Origin: Anolis carolinensis
Taxonomy: Eukaryota
Assembly (NCBI RefSeq): GCF_035594765.1
Contig: NC_085841.1
Span: 328,609,402-328,673,401 of the forward strand
Direction of reading: 5' to 3'
Length of the DNA stretch: 64,000 bases
The position numbers and the translations under genes are program-made. Position 1 is the stretch's first letter. Every line of letters begins with the position of its first letter. A model generated the notes under the pieces. It did not search any database. It worked only from the letters and a program-made list of their open reading frames with translations, and was not told the DNA's origin. Positions 1 to 12,095 of the stretch are shown one piece after another.

Positions 1-1569
1 CATGATGGGGGAAAGATACACAACAATTTTCTAAAACAGCACATTAAAATATGCAGCAGAGAGAAACCAGAATAGTAGGGGAGGAAATAAAACAATATGC
101 ACAATGGCTAAGAACATTACCAGTTAAATAATGTTTCTTTGTTTCTTAAGAAAGTGAAAAGTGTGATGGTGATTGTGTTAAGTGTTTACAAATGCAACAT
201 ATGCATTTAATTGTGACCTCTTTATCACATTGCAGCCTACACCAGTATCACTGAAGTGGAGAGACACACACATACGTTGGATGATTTGATATCACTATCA
301 AAAAAGAGATTCCTAAATCAATGTAACCCACACATGTATTAGAAAATCTAGCAAAGAATTTAATTGCTGTCTCTAGCATGTGATTTCAAAATAATGTTTT
401 AGGACCAAATGCAGATTAAACATAACACTTCTCTCTCCAGGAAGGATTTTATTTTACTAAAACAAAGAAGCTTGCGAAATCTAACTAATGACTAACTAAA
501 GTATTATATAATATAAGGCAATTTGTTCCCCTTCCCATGTTTTTGGATGCCAGTTGCTATCAGCATGAGTCATGGGGCTGGTGGTCTAATATGATGGGGA
601 GTGTAATTCAAACATCAACTTGGGGAAGGCTTGCACTAGATCTTGTGGGGTATAATTCACTTTATCGTCTGTTGAAGTATTACGGTTACCATGTAAACAC
701 TATACAGTGGACATGAGAGGAACATCATTCATTCATCGGTTGCCGGTATCGGTTGTAACATTTGAAAGCATGCTATGCATTCCAATAAGAGACCTGGAAA
801 ATGTGCTGGAAGACCCTCTCACAATGTTCCTGGACAGAAAAAACAGCATCTCTCTATAGTCCCTGAAATGCTCAGGGAAGGGCAATCTTAATCTCAGCAG
901 AGAGATATTTTCGACTGCTGCTGATGACGTGCGTACGTGTTGTTCCTTTATGTTACGCTTCCCCAGAGCAGCCCCAGTACACCTCTCTCCCCCACTCTCC
1001 GCCCGTCCGTAACCCTCCTTCCTCCTTCCCCATTTGGGCATCTCTCACTGCCACGTGACATGCAGAGATGCAACAGGTGGGTCGTCTCCCTTCCCAACCT
1101 ATACAAAACCTCACCAGTTGAACTCCTGTCCCAGCTATACAAGAGAGCTCAGGAACTTTGCAAGACAAAAATGAAAAGGAAGCAAGGAGAAGCTTTCTTC
1201 CTTAATGCTTCCTAACCAACGGGTAGAGATGATGATGAGTTGGCTACCTGCCTCCCACCTTCCTCCTTGTTTGCAAAGGGATTTGTAGTACCTTAAAGAG
1301 TGTCAGAGAGAACTGACAACAGACTTCCTCACCTTTATAGAGCCCTGGGGGCAGACCTTTAGAGGCAGATCCCTTGGCAAGCTATGTTTCTAAAGGCAAA
1401 AGGATCTGGCAGCAGCTTTGAGGCTGAAAGAATAAATCTTTCTCAAGATGAAACTGTTTCCTCAGATGCATGGAGGGACATGCCCTAAGGGCCTGTCCAC
1501 TCTGTGCCTTGAGTCCCCGCAGGGGTGAGAAAGGCAGGATATAAATATAGTAAATAAATAAATAAGCAT

Positions 1570-2440
1570 AGCAATGGGCTTGATTAGTATTGAATAGCCT
1601 GGCAGCTTCAAAGCCTGGCTGTTTCCTGCCTGTATTTGTGATAGCGGTGGCAACAAGAGAACGGTCTCTCCAGAAGATCTTAATGATGTGTTGTCACAGG
1701 CTTTCATGACCGGAATCACCGGGTTGCTGTGAGTTTTCCAGGCTATATAGCCATGTTCCAGAAACATTCTCTCCTGACATTTCGGCCACATGTATGGCAG
1801 GCATCATCAGAGGTTGCGAAATATATTAGAAACTGGGCAAGTGGGGTTTATATATCTGTGGAACGTCAAGGGTGAGAGAAAAAACTCTTGTCTGTTGGAG
1901 GCAAGTGTGAATGTTGCAAATACTGCAATAGACAAGAGTCCTTTCTGACACCCAGGACATTCCACAGATATATAAGCTCCTTTGCCTAGTTTCCAACAGA
2001 CCTCACAAACTCTGAGAATGCTTGCCATACATGTGGGCGAAATGTCAGCAGAATGCTTCTGGAATATGGCCATACAGCCCGGAAAACTCACAGCAACCCA
2101 GTGATTCCGGCCACAAAAGCCTTTAACAACATATCATCAAGACCTTCTGGATCTTCTCTGTTTGCTGCTGCTGTCACAAATAAAGGCAGGAAACAGCCAG
2201 ACTTTGAAGTTGCCAAGCTATTCAATACAAATCAAGCTGGCCAATTGAAACATTCACACTTGTCTCAGGGAGAAAAGAGTTCTTTCTCCCACCCTGAACA
2301 TCCCAGATATATAAATCTCCCTTGACTAGTTTCCAACAGACCTCACAACCTCTGAAGATGTCTGCCATAGATGCAGGCGAAACGTCAGGAGAGAATGCTT
2401 CTGGAACATGGCCATACAGCCCAGAACAGTCACAGCAACC
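1570..2440. mobile_element. Cluster of Penelope terminal-repeat fragments in both orientations (FBXO33 intron 1)
   Basis: Repeated ggagagaatgcttctggaacatggccatacagccc...aaactcacagcaaccc motif and its reverse complement. Further copies at about 2975-3105, 4480-5130, 10750-11150, 11415-11800, 17795-18990, 23010-23070 and 49675-49980. Confidence 0.85.
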
Positions 2441-2545
2441 TAATATCTACTTCTGCTGGAAGAGTATGTGGTCTATTATCTCCGGTCTCCAACAGAAAAA
2501 ATTATTATTATTAACAATAATATCCACTTCTACCGAAAGAGAGTA

Positions 2546-2868
2546 CAGTAGAGTCTCACTTATCCAAGCCTTGCTTATCCAAGCGTCTGGATTATCCAAG
2601 CCATGTTTGTAGTCAATGTTTGCAATATATTGTGATATTTTAGTGCTAAATTCGTAAATACAGTAATTACAACGTAACATCACTGCGTATTGAACTACTT
2701 TTTCTATCAAATTTGTTGTGTAACATGATGTTTTGGTGCTTAATTTGTAAAATCATAATCTAATTTGATGTTTAATAGGCTTTCCCTTAATCCCTCCTTA
2801 TTATCCAAGATATTTGCTTATCCAAGTTTCCGTCGGCCCGTTTAGCTTGGATAAGTGAGATTCTACTG
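2546..2868. mobile_element. Tc1/pogo(Tigger)-type MITE
   Basis: TIR CAGTAGAGTCTCACTTATCCAA with TA TSD. Other copies at 17915-18546 (containing a nested copy 18136-18443) and 50011-50337; fragment at 49395-49440. Confidence 0.85.
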
Positions 2869-3539
2869 TATTTGGTCCTCAGTCTCCTATGGGAATAATT
2901 AATACTCAGTACTGCAGGTACAAATATGATTCATCATTCACTGATGCCCTTTTATGATGCTTTAAGATGCTCTATAAACCTCCCTTGCTTAGTTTCCAAT
3001 ATACCTCACAACCTCTGAGAATGCCTGCCATAGATGTACGCGAAACGTCAGGAGAGAATGCTTCTGGAACATGGCCTCACAGCCCGGAAAACTCACAGCA
3101 ATTCAGATCTTAATGATGTCGCTGTTTGATAAAGAGTCTTTTGCTTTCTCTGCCAAAGAGGGTTTGGTGCTGCAAGGAAACTACAACTCCCAGGGTCTGA
3201 GCTGCAGCAGTGGGGGAGGATGGGTCATCAAAGTGTGTTAAGTCTGGAGTGGAGGAAGGAATAGATGTAAAGTCCTTTGCAAAGTAGGCCCAAGCTGCAG
3301 CCATTCCATAGAAGAAGCCAGGCCTGGGCAAAGTTGGGGCCTGCAGTGTTTTGGACTTCAACTCCCAGCATTCCTCACAGCCTCAGGCCTCAGCTTAAGC
3401 GGCTGAGGGGGAAAAGGAAAGGGCCTGAGGCTGTGAGGAATGCTGGGAGTTGAAGTCCAAAACACCTCCAGGCCCAACTTCACCCAGGCCTGGCCTAGTC
3501 AAAACAACAGCTCCCAGGATGCCTTAGCAATGAAAGCGC

Positions 3540-4400
3540 GTCAATTCTGGGCTCACCTGTTGTTGCGGACGCTGCTCAAGACGCAGAGGACGAGCTCCAG
3601 GTAGGTCCGGAGCAGCTCCAGCCACCGAGGGCAGAGAGGCGCTTCCCCTCCTCCCTCGGGGCCCGAGGCGGAGACCACTCCCGCGGCGGAGTCGGCTTCA
3701 GCTTCGGCGGCTTCCTCAGGGCCTCCTCCTCCTCCTCCGGTGGGGTAGTTGTCGGCGGCGAACTGGACGCGGAGCTCCCTGACGAACCATCCGCACTTGC
3801 GCATGAGGAAGTCGAGGCGCGGGCGCTCGGCGGGGCAGACGCGGAGGCTAAGCCGCAGCCGGGGCCACAAGGCCGGGTAGAAGAGGCACTCGCGCCAGTG
3901 CGAGCAGGCGGCCGAGGCCCGGAGCCGGTCCGGCGCCGCCAGGAAGGAGAAGATGTGCACCACCAGCTCGCTGGGCAAGGAGCCCGCGCCCACCGGGGAA
4001 GACATCATGGTGGCCGGAGCGGGAGCCTCGGGAGCGGGAGCCGCCGCGGGGGGAGCCACCGGCCGCCGCCGCCGCCCCGAGCCCGGCCCCGGCCTCCCCT
4101 CAGGCTCCTGCGACAAAAACAACAACATCAATGACAAGGCGCTGAGGGAGGAGGAGGAGGAGGAAAGAGGAGGAGGAGGAGGGACCAGGCTGGGCTGCCT
4201 GGCGGAGCCAACCAACGCTCCCAAGCCGCGGGGGGAGACGGGAGAGAGGGAGGGACGTACCATTGGGACGGGAGGAGGAAGCGGAAGGAACCAACGCGCC
4301 GGAAGGGAGGGAAGAGAAGAGAAGGAGGGGGAGAGAGAGAGGAAGGAGCGAAACGGGAGGGAAGGAAAGGGAGCGCAGGACAGGATTGCCCGCAGTATCC
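3540..4400 (-). promoter_or_regulatory. CpG island / promoter and 5' UTR of FBXO33
   Basis: Very GC- and CpG-rich segment over exon 1, with a GA-rich tract at 4140-4380. Confidence 0.75.
3557..4128 (-). CDS. FBXO33: F-box only protein 33, coding exon 1 (rest of gene lies left of the window)
   Basis: Translation MLLFLS...SLPSELVVHIFSFLAAPDRLRASAACSHWRECLFYPALWP...FLMRKCGWFVRELRV...LELVLCVLSSVRNNR matches the FBXO33 N-terminus and F-box. ATG at 4128, donor AG|GTGAG at 3557/3556, in a CpG island. Confidence 0.95.
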
Positions 4401-5440
4401 TTATTCTATTGATTTATACCAGCTTTGGCCCTCCAGGTGTTTTGGACTTCAACTCCCACAATTCCTAACAGGCAGTAGGCTGGGTTGCTGTGAGTTTTCC
4501 GGGCTGTATGGCCATATTCCAGAAGCATTCTCTCCGGACGTTTCGCCTACATCTGTGGCAGGCATCCTCAGAGGTTGTGAGGTCTGTTGGAAACTGGGCA
4601 ACTGCGGTTTCTATATCTGTGGAATGCCCAGGGTGGGAGAAAGAACTCTTTTATGTTTGAGGCAAGTGTGAATGTTGCAATTGATCACCTTATTAAAATT
4701 GAATGGCTTTTCAGCTTCAAAGCCTGGCAGGTTCCTGCCTGGAAGAATCCAGACAAGAAACAATCAGGGCCAGCTAATCACTAGTGGGTGAAACGTCAGG
4801 AGAGAATTCTTCTGGAACATGGTCATTCAGCCCGAAAAACTCACAGCAACCCAGTGATTCTTGCTATAAAAATCTTCACCAACAGAAGTAGGTTGTGGGG
4901 TATTTTGGAAACTAGGCAAGTGAAGTTTATATATCTGTGGAAGGTCCAGAGTGGGAGAAAGAGCTCTTGTCTGTTTGAGGCAAGTGTGGATGCTGCAATT
5001 AATTAGCATTGAAAAGTCTAGCAGGTTCAAGGCCTTGCTGATTCCAGCCTGGAGGAATCCTTTCTTGGCCATACAGCTTGGAAAACTCACAGCAGACCAG
5101 CGATTCTGGCTGTGAAAGCCTTCGACAGCCAGTAGGCTGATAGGAATTCTGGGAGTTGAAGTCCAAAACATCTGGAGGGCCAAAGTTTGCCCATGTCTGA
5201 TTTATATACTGCTTTTTCTCTCATAAGGAGACTCAAAGTGGGCCTCTTTTATCTGGAATCCAGAATATCAACATTATTCAGCCTCCTTTATCTGGAATCC
5301 AGGATTGTCTATATCAGTGATTCTCAACCTGGGGTCCCCAGATATTTTTGGCCTACAATTCTCAGAAATCCTAGCTGTTATGATTTCTGGAAGTTGAAGG
5401 CCAAAAACATATGGGGACTCTAGGTTGAGAACCACTGGAC

Positions 5441-5483
<43 letters not shown>

Positions 5484-5486
<3 letters not shown>

Positions 5487-6595
5487 GCTAAGCCCGGCCA
5501 CGCTTTGCTGTGGCTCAGTATGATATGTAAGGAATGCGAAAGTAAATAAAACTATTGTAGCGAACATAGATTCACCAAGAAAACACATCATTCAATTCAG
5601 TTCCATGCCTTACATTGCTGTGTCTATGTGGAATGAAATCAAAGGAAGAAAAAAGAGGTCTTTACAAAAATTCTTTTTTAATTGTAATGCTAGTGGATTG
5701 ACTACATTTTTAGTTTGTCCGTTTTCTGCATAAACATTAAGCTCAGTTGGTTTACTAACTTTGGAGCATGTGACGTATAATTGTCCATGAGAGAAGTTTT
5801 TGTTTCTTAATTTCAAACCGCACACTTGCAAAGATTGCCCCTGTGCTTTATTGATAGTAATTGAGAACGTAAGGCGTATTGGTAATTGAAGTTGTTTGAA
5901 CCCGAACGCCATGTCAGTCGGAATGAGTGAGATTCGGAGGGCAATCACCCTCAATTCCTGCGTATATGTAGAGTTGGCCATGTTGGGTCTGTGTGCCAAT
6001 TTTAGTCCAGATCTGTTGTTGGCTGGGTTTAGTGCATTCTGGATAAGGGTGAACTATAACTCCCATAATCAAGGTCAATATCCCCCAAACTTATCCAGTA
6101 TTTTCTGTTGGTCATGGGGAGTCTGTGTGCCTCGTTTTGTCCAGGTCCATCATTAGTGTGGGTCTCTGTGGTCTGTTGAAGTTGGAATTATTTCAGATGA
6201 AGGTACTGCAAATCTCATCATTTCTGGTCCATGTCCATCGTTCTGTGGGAGCAGATTTGGGTAAAGGTACAGCAATCTCTTGGGTAAAGGTACAGCAATA
6301 AAGGTATTATTTGTGGGCTGTCCTCCTCTAACCACACCAGGATGTAAAGTTCTTGGGAGGGGGTCTGTGTGCCAGGTTTGATCCTGATCTGTCATTGGTG
6401 CAAGTCACAGTGGTCTGTGGGAGCTGAAGAGATTGAATGTACTGCATATCCCATCATCCATGGTTCTCCCCTAAACTCATTTTACTCTAAAAACGTGCAC
6501 ATGTTGAAATGCAACATTGTGTCAAAATTTCAAGTTAACTACTTTCGAGTTCTGTGTGCACAAACATATGCAAGCTGTACTTTTATATATAAAGA
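5484..6595 (-). mobile_element. Non-autonomous Helitron with PIF1 helicase remnant
   Basis: 5' TCTTTATATATAAAA at 6595; 3' GC hairpin gccac-agcaaagc-gtggc followed by CTAA at 5484; inserted in (TTA)n. Peptide QLPIRLTFSITINKAQGQSL...FSHGQLYVTCSKV (ORF 5610-5999). Confidence 0.85.
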
Positions 6596-6645
6596 TTATT
6601 ATTATTATTATTATAGTTATTATAGTTATTATTATTATTACTACT

Positions 6646-6903
6646 GGAGCCCCTGGTGACGCCTTGTGACTTGAAGGTTGGGTTGCTGATCTGAAAGCTG
6701 ACAGGTACGAATCCCACCCGGGGAGAGGGCGGATGAGCTCCCTCTATCAGCTCCAGCTTCATGCGGGGATATGAGAGAAGCCTCCCACAAGGATGATAAA
6801 AACATCCAGGCGTCCCCTGGGCAACGTCCTTGCAGACAGCCAATTCTCTCATACCAGAAGCGACTTGCAGGTTCTCAAGTCGCTCCTGACACGAAAAAAA
6901 AAA
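6646..6903 (+). mobile_element. tRNA-derived lizard SINE with gacacg-poly(A) tail
   Basis: GGAGCCCCTGGTG head, B-box-like ggtacgaatccc, and tail tgacacgA(n) similar to the Vingi tail at 15497. Confidence 0.7.
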
Positions 6904-6917
6904 TTATTACTACTACA

Positions 6918-8908
6918 GGGTTGTCGTGTGTCTTTCGGGCTGTGTGGCCATGTTCCAGAAGCATTCTCTCCTGACGTTTCGCCCACATCTATGGCAGGCA
7001 TCCTCAGAGGTTGTGAGGTATGGAGAAAACTAAGCAAAGAGGTAAATATATATCTGTGGAAAGTCTAGGGTGAGAGAGGTCAGTGTGAATGTGTGTAGTT
7101 AATCACTTTAATTAGCATTGAAAAGCTTATCTGCTGTCTTCTTCCTGCCTCTGGGGCATCCTTTGTTTAGAGTCGTTAACTGCCCTAGGTTGATTCATGT
7201 CTGAAAAATCCTCTGTTTTTAGAGTATTGCTTTTTATTTACTGTTCTGATTCTTGAGTTTTTTAATACTGGTAGCCAGATTTTGTTCATTTTCATGGTTT
7301 CTTCCTTTCTGTTGAAGTTGTCCACATGCTTGTGGATTTCAATGGCTTCTCTGTGTAGTCTGACATGATAGTTGTTAGAATGGTCCAGCATTTTTGTGTT
7401 CTCAAATAGTATTCTGTGTCCAGGCTGGTTCATCAAATGCTCTGCTATGGCTGATTTCTCTGGTTGAATTAGTCTGCAGTGCCTTTCATGTTCTTTGACT
7501 CTTGTTTGGGCGCTGCGTTTGGTGGTCCCTATGTAGACTTGTCCACAGCTGCATGGTATCCGGTAGACTCCTGCAGAAAAGAGAGAGGATCCCTCTTGTC
7601 CTTCGCTGACCGTAGCATTTGTTGGATTTTCTTCGTGGGTCTGTAGATAGTTTGTAGGTTGTGCTTCTTCATCAGCTTCCCTATGCGGTCAGTAGTTCCC
7701 TTGATGTATGGTAAGAACACCTTTCCTCTGGGTGGATCTTTGTCTTGACTCTCATGGCTTGTTCTTGGCCTTGCAGCTCTTCTGATGTCTGTGGTGGAGT
7801 ATCCATTGGCCTGTAGAGCCCAGTTTAGGTGATTGAGTTCACCTTGGAGGAGGTGAGGTTCGCAGATTCTTTGTGCACGGTCTGTCAGGGCTTTGATTGT
7901 GCTCCTTTTTTGACTTGGGTGATGGTTGGAGTTTTTATGAAGGTATCTATCTGTGTGTGTAGGTTTTCTGTAAACTGTGTGGCCCAATTGTTGATTGGGT
8001 TTGCGGATGACCAGAACATCTAGAAATGGCAGTTTTCCTTCCTTTTCTTTTTCCATGGTGAATTGGATGTTTGGGTGGATGCTGTTAAGATGGTCCAGGA
8101 ACTTGCTGAGTTCTTCCTCTCCATGGCTCCAAATCGTGAAGGTGTCATCTACGTATCTGAACCAAACAGTTGGCTTTTTTGGTGCTGTTTCTAGGACAAG
8201 AGGGATCCTCTCTCTTCTGCAGGAGTCTACCGGATACCATGCAGCTGTGGACAAGTCTACATAGGGACCACCAAACGCAGCGCCCAAACAAGAGTCAAAG
8301 AACATGAAAGGCACTGCAGACTAATTCAACCAGAGAAATCAGCCATAGCAGAGCATTTGATGAACCAGCCTGGACACAGAATACTATTTGAGAACACAAA
8401 AATGCTGGACCATTCTAACAACTATCATGTCAGACTACACAGAGAAGCCATTGAAATCCACAAGCATGTGGACAACTTCAACAGAAAGGAAGAAACCATG
8501 AAAATGAACAAAATCTGGCTACCAGTATTAAAAAACTCAAGAATCAGAACAGTAAATAAAAAGCAATACTCTAAAAACAGAGGATTTTCAGACATGAATC
8601 AACCTAGGGCAGTTAACGACTCTAAACAAAGGATGCCCCAGAGGCAGGAAGAAGACAGCAGATAAGCTTTTCAATGCTAATTAAAGTGATTAACTACACA
8701 CATTCACACTGACCTCTCTCACCCTAGACTTTCCACAGATATATATTTACCTCTTTGCTTAGTTTTCTCCATACCTCACAACCTCTGAGGATGCCTGCCA
8801 TAGATGTGGGCGAAACGTCAGGAGAGAATGCTTCTGGAACATGGCCACACAGCCCGAAAGACACACGACAACCCTGTGATCCTGGCCATGAAAGCCTTCG
8901 ACAACACA
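6918..8908 (-). mobile_element. Young Penelope-like retroelement, 5'-truncated, with inverted terminal repeats
   Basis: RT C-terminus WFRYVDDTF...LPFLDV...VYRKPTHTDRYL on the minus strand and GIY-YIG GVYRIPCSCGQVYIG in the arms. Inverted arms about 6916-7602 and 8193-8876; 13-bp TSD TATTACTACTACA at 6905-6917 and 8909-8921. Confidence 0.93.
8782..8822 (+). ncRNA. Minimal type I hammerhead ribozyme motif in the Penelope terminal repeat
   Basis: cct-CTGAGGA-t-gcctgc-catagat-gtgggc-GAAA-c-GTC-agg: CUGANGA and GAAA cores, helix II, GUC cleavage triplet, and cct/agg helix I. A mirror copy lies on the minus strand at about 6970-7010. Confidence 0.8.
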
Positions 8909-8919
8909 TATTACTACTA

Positions 8920-9865
8920 CATTTATATGCCTTTTTCTCTCTCTTAAACTCAAAGTGAGCCTCCTTTATCCAGAATCCAAGGTTGTCTGCGTTGTTGTTG
9001 TTGTTGTTATTATTATTATTATAGTTGTTATTACTATTTTTTATTTATTTTGTAAATTTATGTCCCGCCTTTTTCTGAGCACAAACCCAAAGCAGTTACA
9101 ACAGAATAAAAACAAACAATACAAAATTAAAACAACCCATTAAAACATAAATATTTGAAACAGCAAACAAAATTTAAACCGTGTGAACATTAAAACCAAG
9201 ATAAAAAAACCCGAGCTTCCACTACCATTTATTTGGCTTATTATTATTATTACACTTATATGCCTCTTTCTCTCTCTGAGACTCAAAGTGAACCTCTTTA
9301 TCTGGAACCCAGGGTTGTCATTATATTGACTTATGTGCCTCCTTTTCTCTCTTGAAGAGACTCAAAGTGAGCATCCTTTATCCAGGATTGTCTGCATTGT
9401 TATTATTATTAGTATTATTATTATCCATATGCCACTTTTTCTCTCTTAACGAGACTCAAAGTGAGCCTCCTTTATCCAGGATTGTCATTATTATTATTAT
9501 TATTATTATTACATTGATCCATATGCCACTTTTTCTCTCTTAACGAGACTCAAAGTGAACCTCCTTTATCTGGAATCCAGGATTGTCCACATTATTATTA
9601 TACTGATTTATATGGCACTTTTTCTTTCGTAAAGAGACTCGAAATGAGCATTCTTCATCTGGAATCCTGAATTGTCTATATTACTATTTTTATACTGATT
9701 TATATGCTGTTTTTTCTGTCTTAACGAGACCCAAAGTGAGCCTCCTTTATCTGGAATCCAGGATTGTCCACGTTATTATAATTCAATTGATGTATATGCT
9801 GCTTATTCTCTCTTAATGAGATTCAAATTGAGCATCCATTATCTGGAATCCAGGATTGTCTACAA
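8920..9865 (+). repeat. Degenerate ~65-75-bp minisatellite (also 5195-5310)
   Basis: About 10 units of tatgcc..ttttctctcttaacgagactcaaagtgagcctcctttatctggaatccaggattgtc + (att)n. Confidence 0.8.
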
Positions 9866-10619
9866 TTACATCATCATAATCATTTCTTGATAGTAATAAT
9901 AGCTCAGTGCTATGGTACCCTGGGAATTATAATTTTACAAGGTCTTTAGCCCTGTCTGCTAAATAGTGCTGGAGCCTCATCAAACTACAAACCCAAGGAT
10001 TTCCATGATGCAGCCATGGCATTTAAACTGCTTTAATCCTACAATGTAGATGCACCCCTGGTTTTCATACACACAATTATATTTTTAAAATGTGGTGTAT
10101 CATTATCTTAAAACTATATCTATATGAAACATAAATTAATGTTGTCTTTATCCTTGGGTCCCATCTCTAAGATATCTCATAATGTATATGCAAATATTCC
10201 AAAAATCCCTCCTCCCCCCTTTTCTAGAAAAAGTCTGAAATCCCAAACATTTCTGCCCCTTCCCCAGCCTTTCGAATAAAGAGGACTGTATAGGCGGAAT
10301 GTACCAAAGCGTCCTCGGCCGAAGGGGGAGCCGGGAAGGGCTGCTTTTATGACTCAGCATCCAGAAGGGCGGCGAGGCTGACGCCACCTAATTGATGGCG
10401 AGGCGCTCGCTCTCCGGAGGACTGTACCATCCCACTCCGGAGTGGGGGGGGGGGGGGCTTCTTGGCTTTGTCCCAGCAGTACAGACGCTGGAAGGCGCCC
10501 AGGGATGCTGCAACTTTCCCCAGTCCTCAAATCACCCCGAGCGAGGAGGACCAGGTTGCTGGAACGGTTGCCTCTGGAGCCAGAAAGCATCGTAAAAGGG
10601 CATCAATGCACGATGAATC

Positions 10620-12095
10620 ATGCAGAGCTGAGTATTAATTATTCCTGTAGGAGACTGAGGACCAAATACTCTCTTTCAGTAGAAGTGGGTATTATTGTTG
10701 TTAATAATAATAATTTTTCCTGTTGGAGACCACAGCAGAAGTAGATATTGGGTTGCTGTAGTTTTCCGGGCTGCATGGCCATGTTCCAGAAGCATTCTCT
10801 CCTGACATTTCGCCTGCACCTATGGCAGGCATCCTCAGAGGTTGGAACTGTTGGAAACGGGGCAATTGCGGTTTCTATATCTGTGGAATGTCCAGGGTGG
10901 GAGAAATAACTCTTTTATGTTTGAGGCAAGTGTGAATGTTGCAATTGATCACTGTAATAACATTGAATGGTCTTTCAGCTTCAAAGCCTGGCAGGTTCCT
11001 GCCTGGAAGAATCCAGACAAGAAACAATCAGGGCCAGCAAATCACTAGTGGGTGAAACGTCAGGAGAGAATTCTTCTGGAACATGGTCATTCAGCCCGAA
11101 AAACTCACAGCAACCCAGTGATTCTGGCCATAAAAACCTTCACCAACAGAAGTAGATATTGTTGTTATTATTCCCTTTGGGAGACAGAAAATAGATCAAA
11201 TACTCTCTTCCAGCAGAAGTAGGAATTATTATTATTAATATTAATAATTTTGTTTTGAGAGATAGAAAACCAAATACTCTCAGCAGAACTGAATATCATT
11301 ATTATTACCATTATTGTTGTTGTTGTTATATATTTCTACTGTTGGAGACAGGAAATAATGGACAAAATACTATCATCCAGCAAGAATGGGAATTATTATT
11401 ATTATTATAAAACACTAAAATCAGGACAGTAAATAAAGAACAACACTCTGAAAACAGAGGAATTCCAAACAGGAAACAATCAGGGCCAGCTAATACCTCC
11501 CAACAAAGGATTCCCTCAGACAGGAAGCATCCAAGGCTTTGAAGCTGCAAAGCTATTCAATTCTAATCAAGGTGGCCAATTGCAACATTCACACTTGCCT
11601 TAGGCAGACAAGAGTTCTTTCTCCCACCTTCTACAGATATATAAACCCCACTTGCCTAGTTTCCAACAATCCTCACAACCTCTGAGGATGCCTGCCATAG
11701 ATGTGAGCGAAACATCAGGAGAGAATGCTTCTGGAACATGGCCATACAGCTCAGAAAACACAGCAACCCAGTGATTCTGACCATGAAAGCCTTTGACAAC
11801 AAATTATTATTTTATCCTTTTAGGAGACAGGAAATAGCAGACCAAATACTCTTTTCCAGCAGAAATATTATTATTATATTATTATTAATGTATCCTCTTG
11901 GAGACAGAATATAGTAGACCAAATACTATCTTCCATCAGAGGTGGGCATTATTGGTATAATTATAAATTTCGTCTGTTGGAAAAAAGAGATAGTGGATCA
12001 AATACTCAGCTCCAATGGAACTACTTCTTGTTGTTGTTATTATTATTATTGTCCTTTTGGAGACAGGAGGTAACAGACCAAATACAGTACACACT
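10620..12095 (+). repeat. Second degenerate ~60-bp minisatellite interrupted by Penelope inserts
   Basis: Units of (att)n..ttggagacag..aatag.agaccaaatactct.ttccagcagaag. Confidence 0.75.

Noticed and set aside
733-1215. Short ORFs as FBXO33 exon 2
   Set aside because: No match to the expected NLQKFSLFGD continuation; exon 2 appears to lie outside the window.
4129-4263. In-frame upstream ATG adding 45 Ser/Pro-rich residues to FBXO33
   Set aside because: Low-complexity translation of a GA-rich tract; the recognisable FBXO33 start is MLLFLS at 4128.
3898-4468. Plus-strand ORFs of 78 and 171 aa opposite FBXO33
   Set aside because: Shadow ORFs of a GC-rich CpG island with no recognisable domain.
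8920-12095. Repeat-spacer-like arrays resembling CRISPR
   Set aside because: Eukaryotic context, degenerate units, (ATT)n spacers and no cas genes; these are minisatellites.
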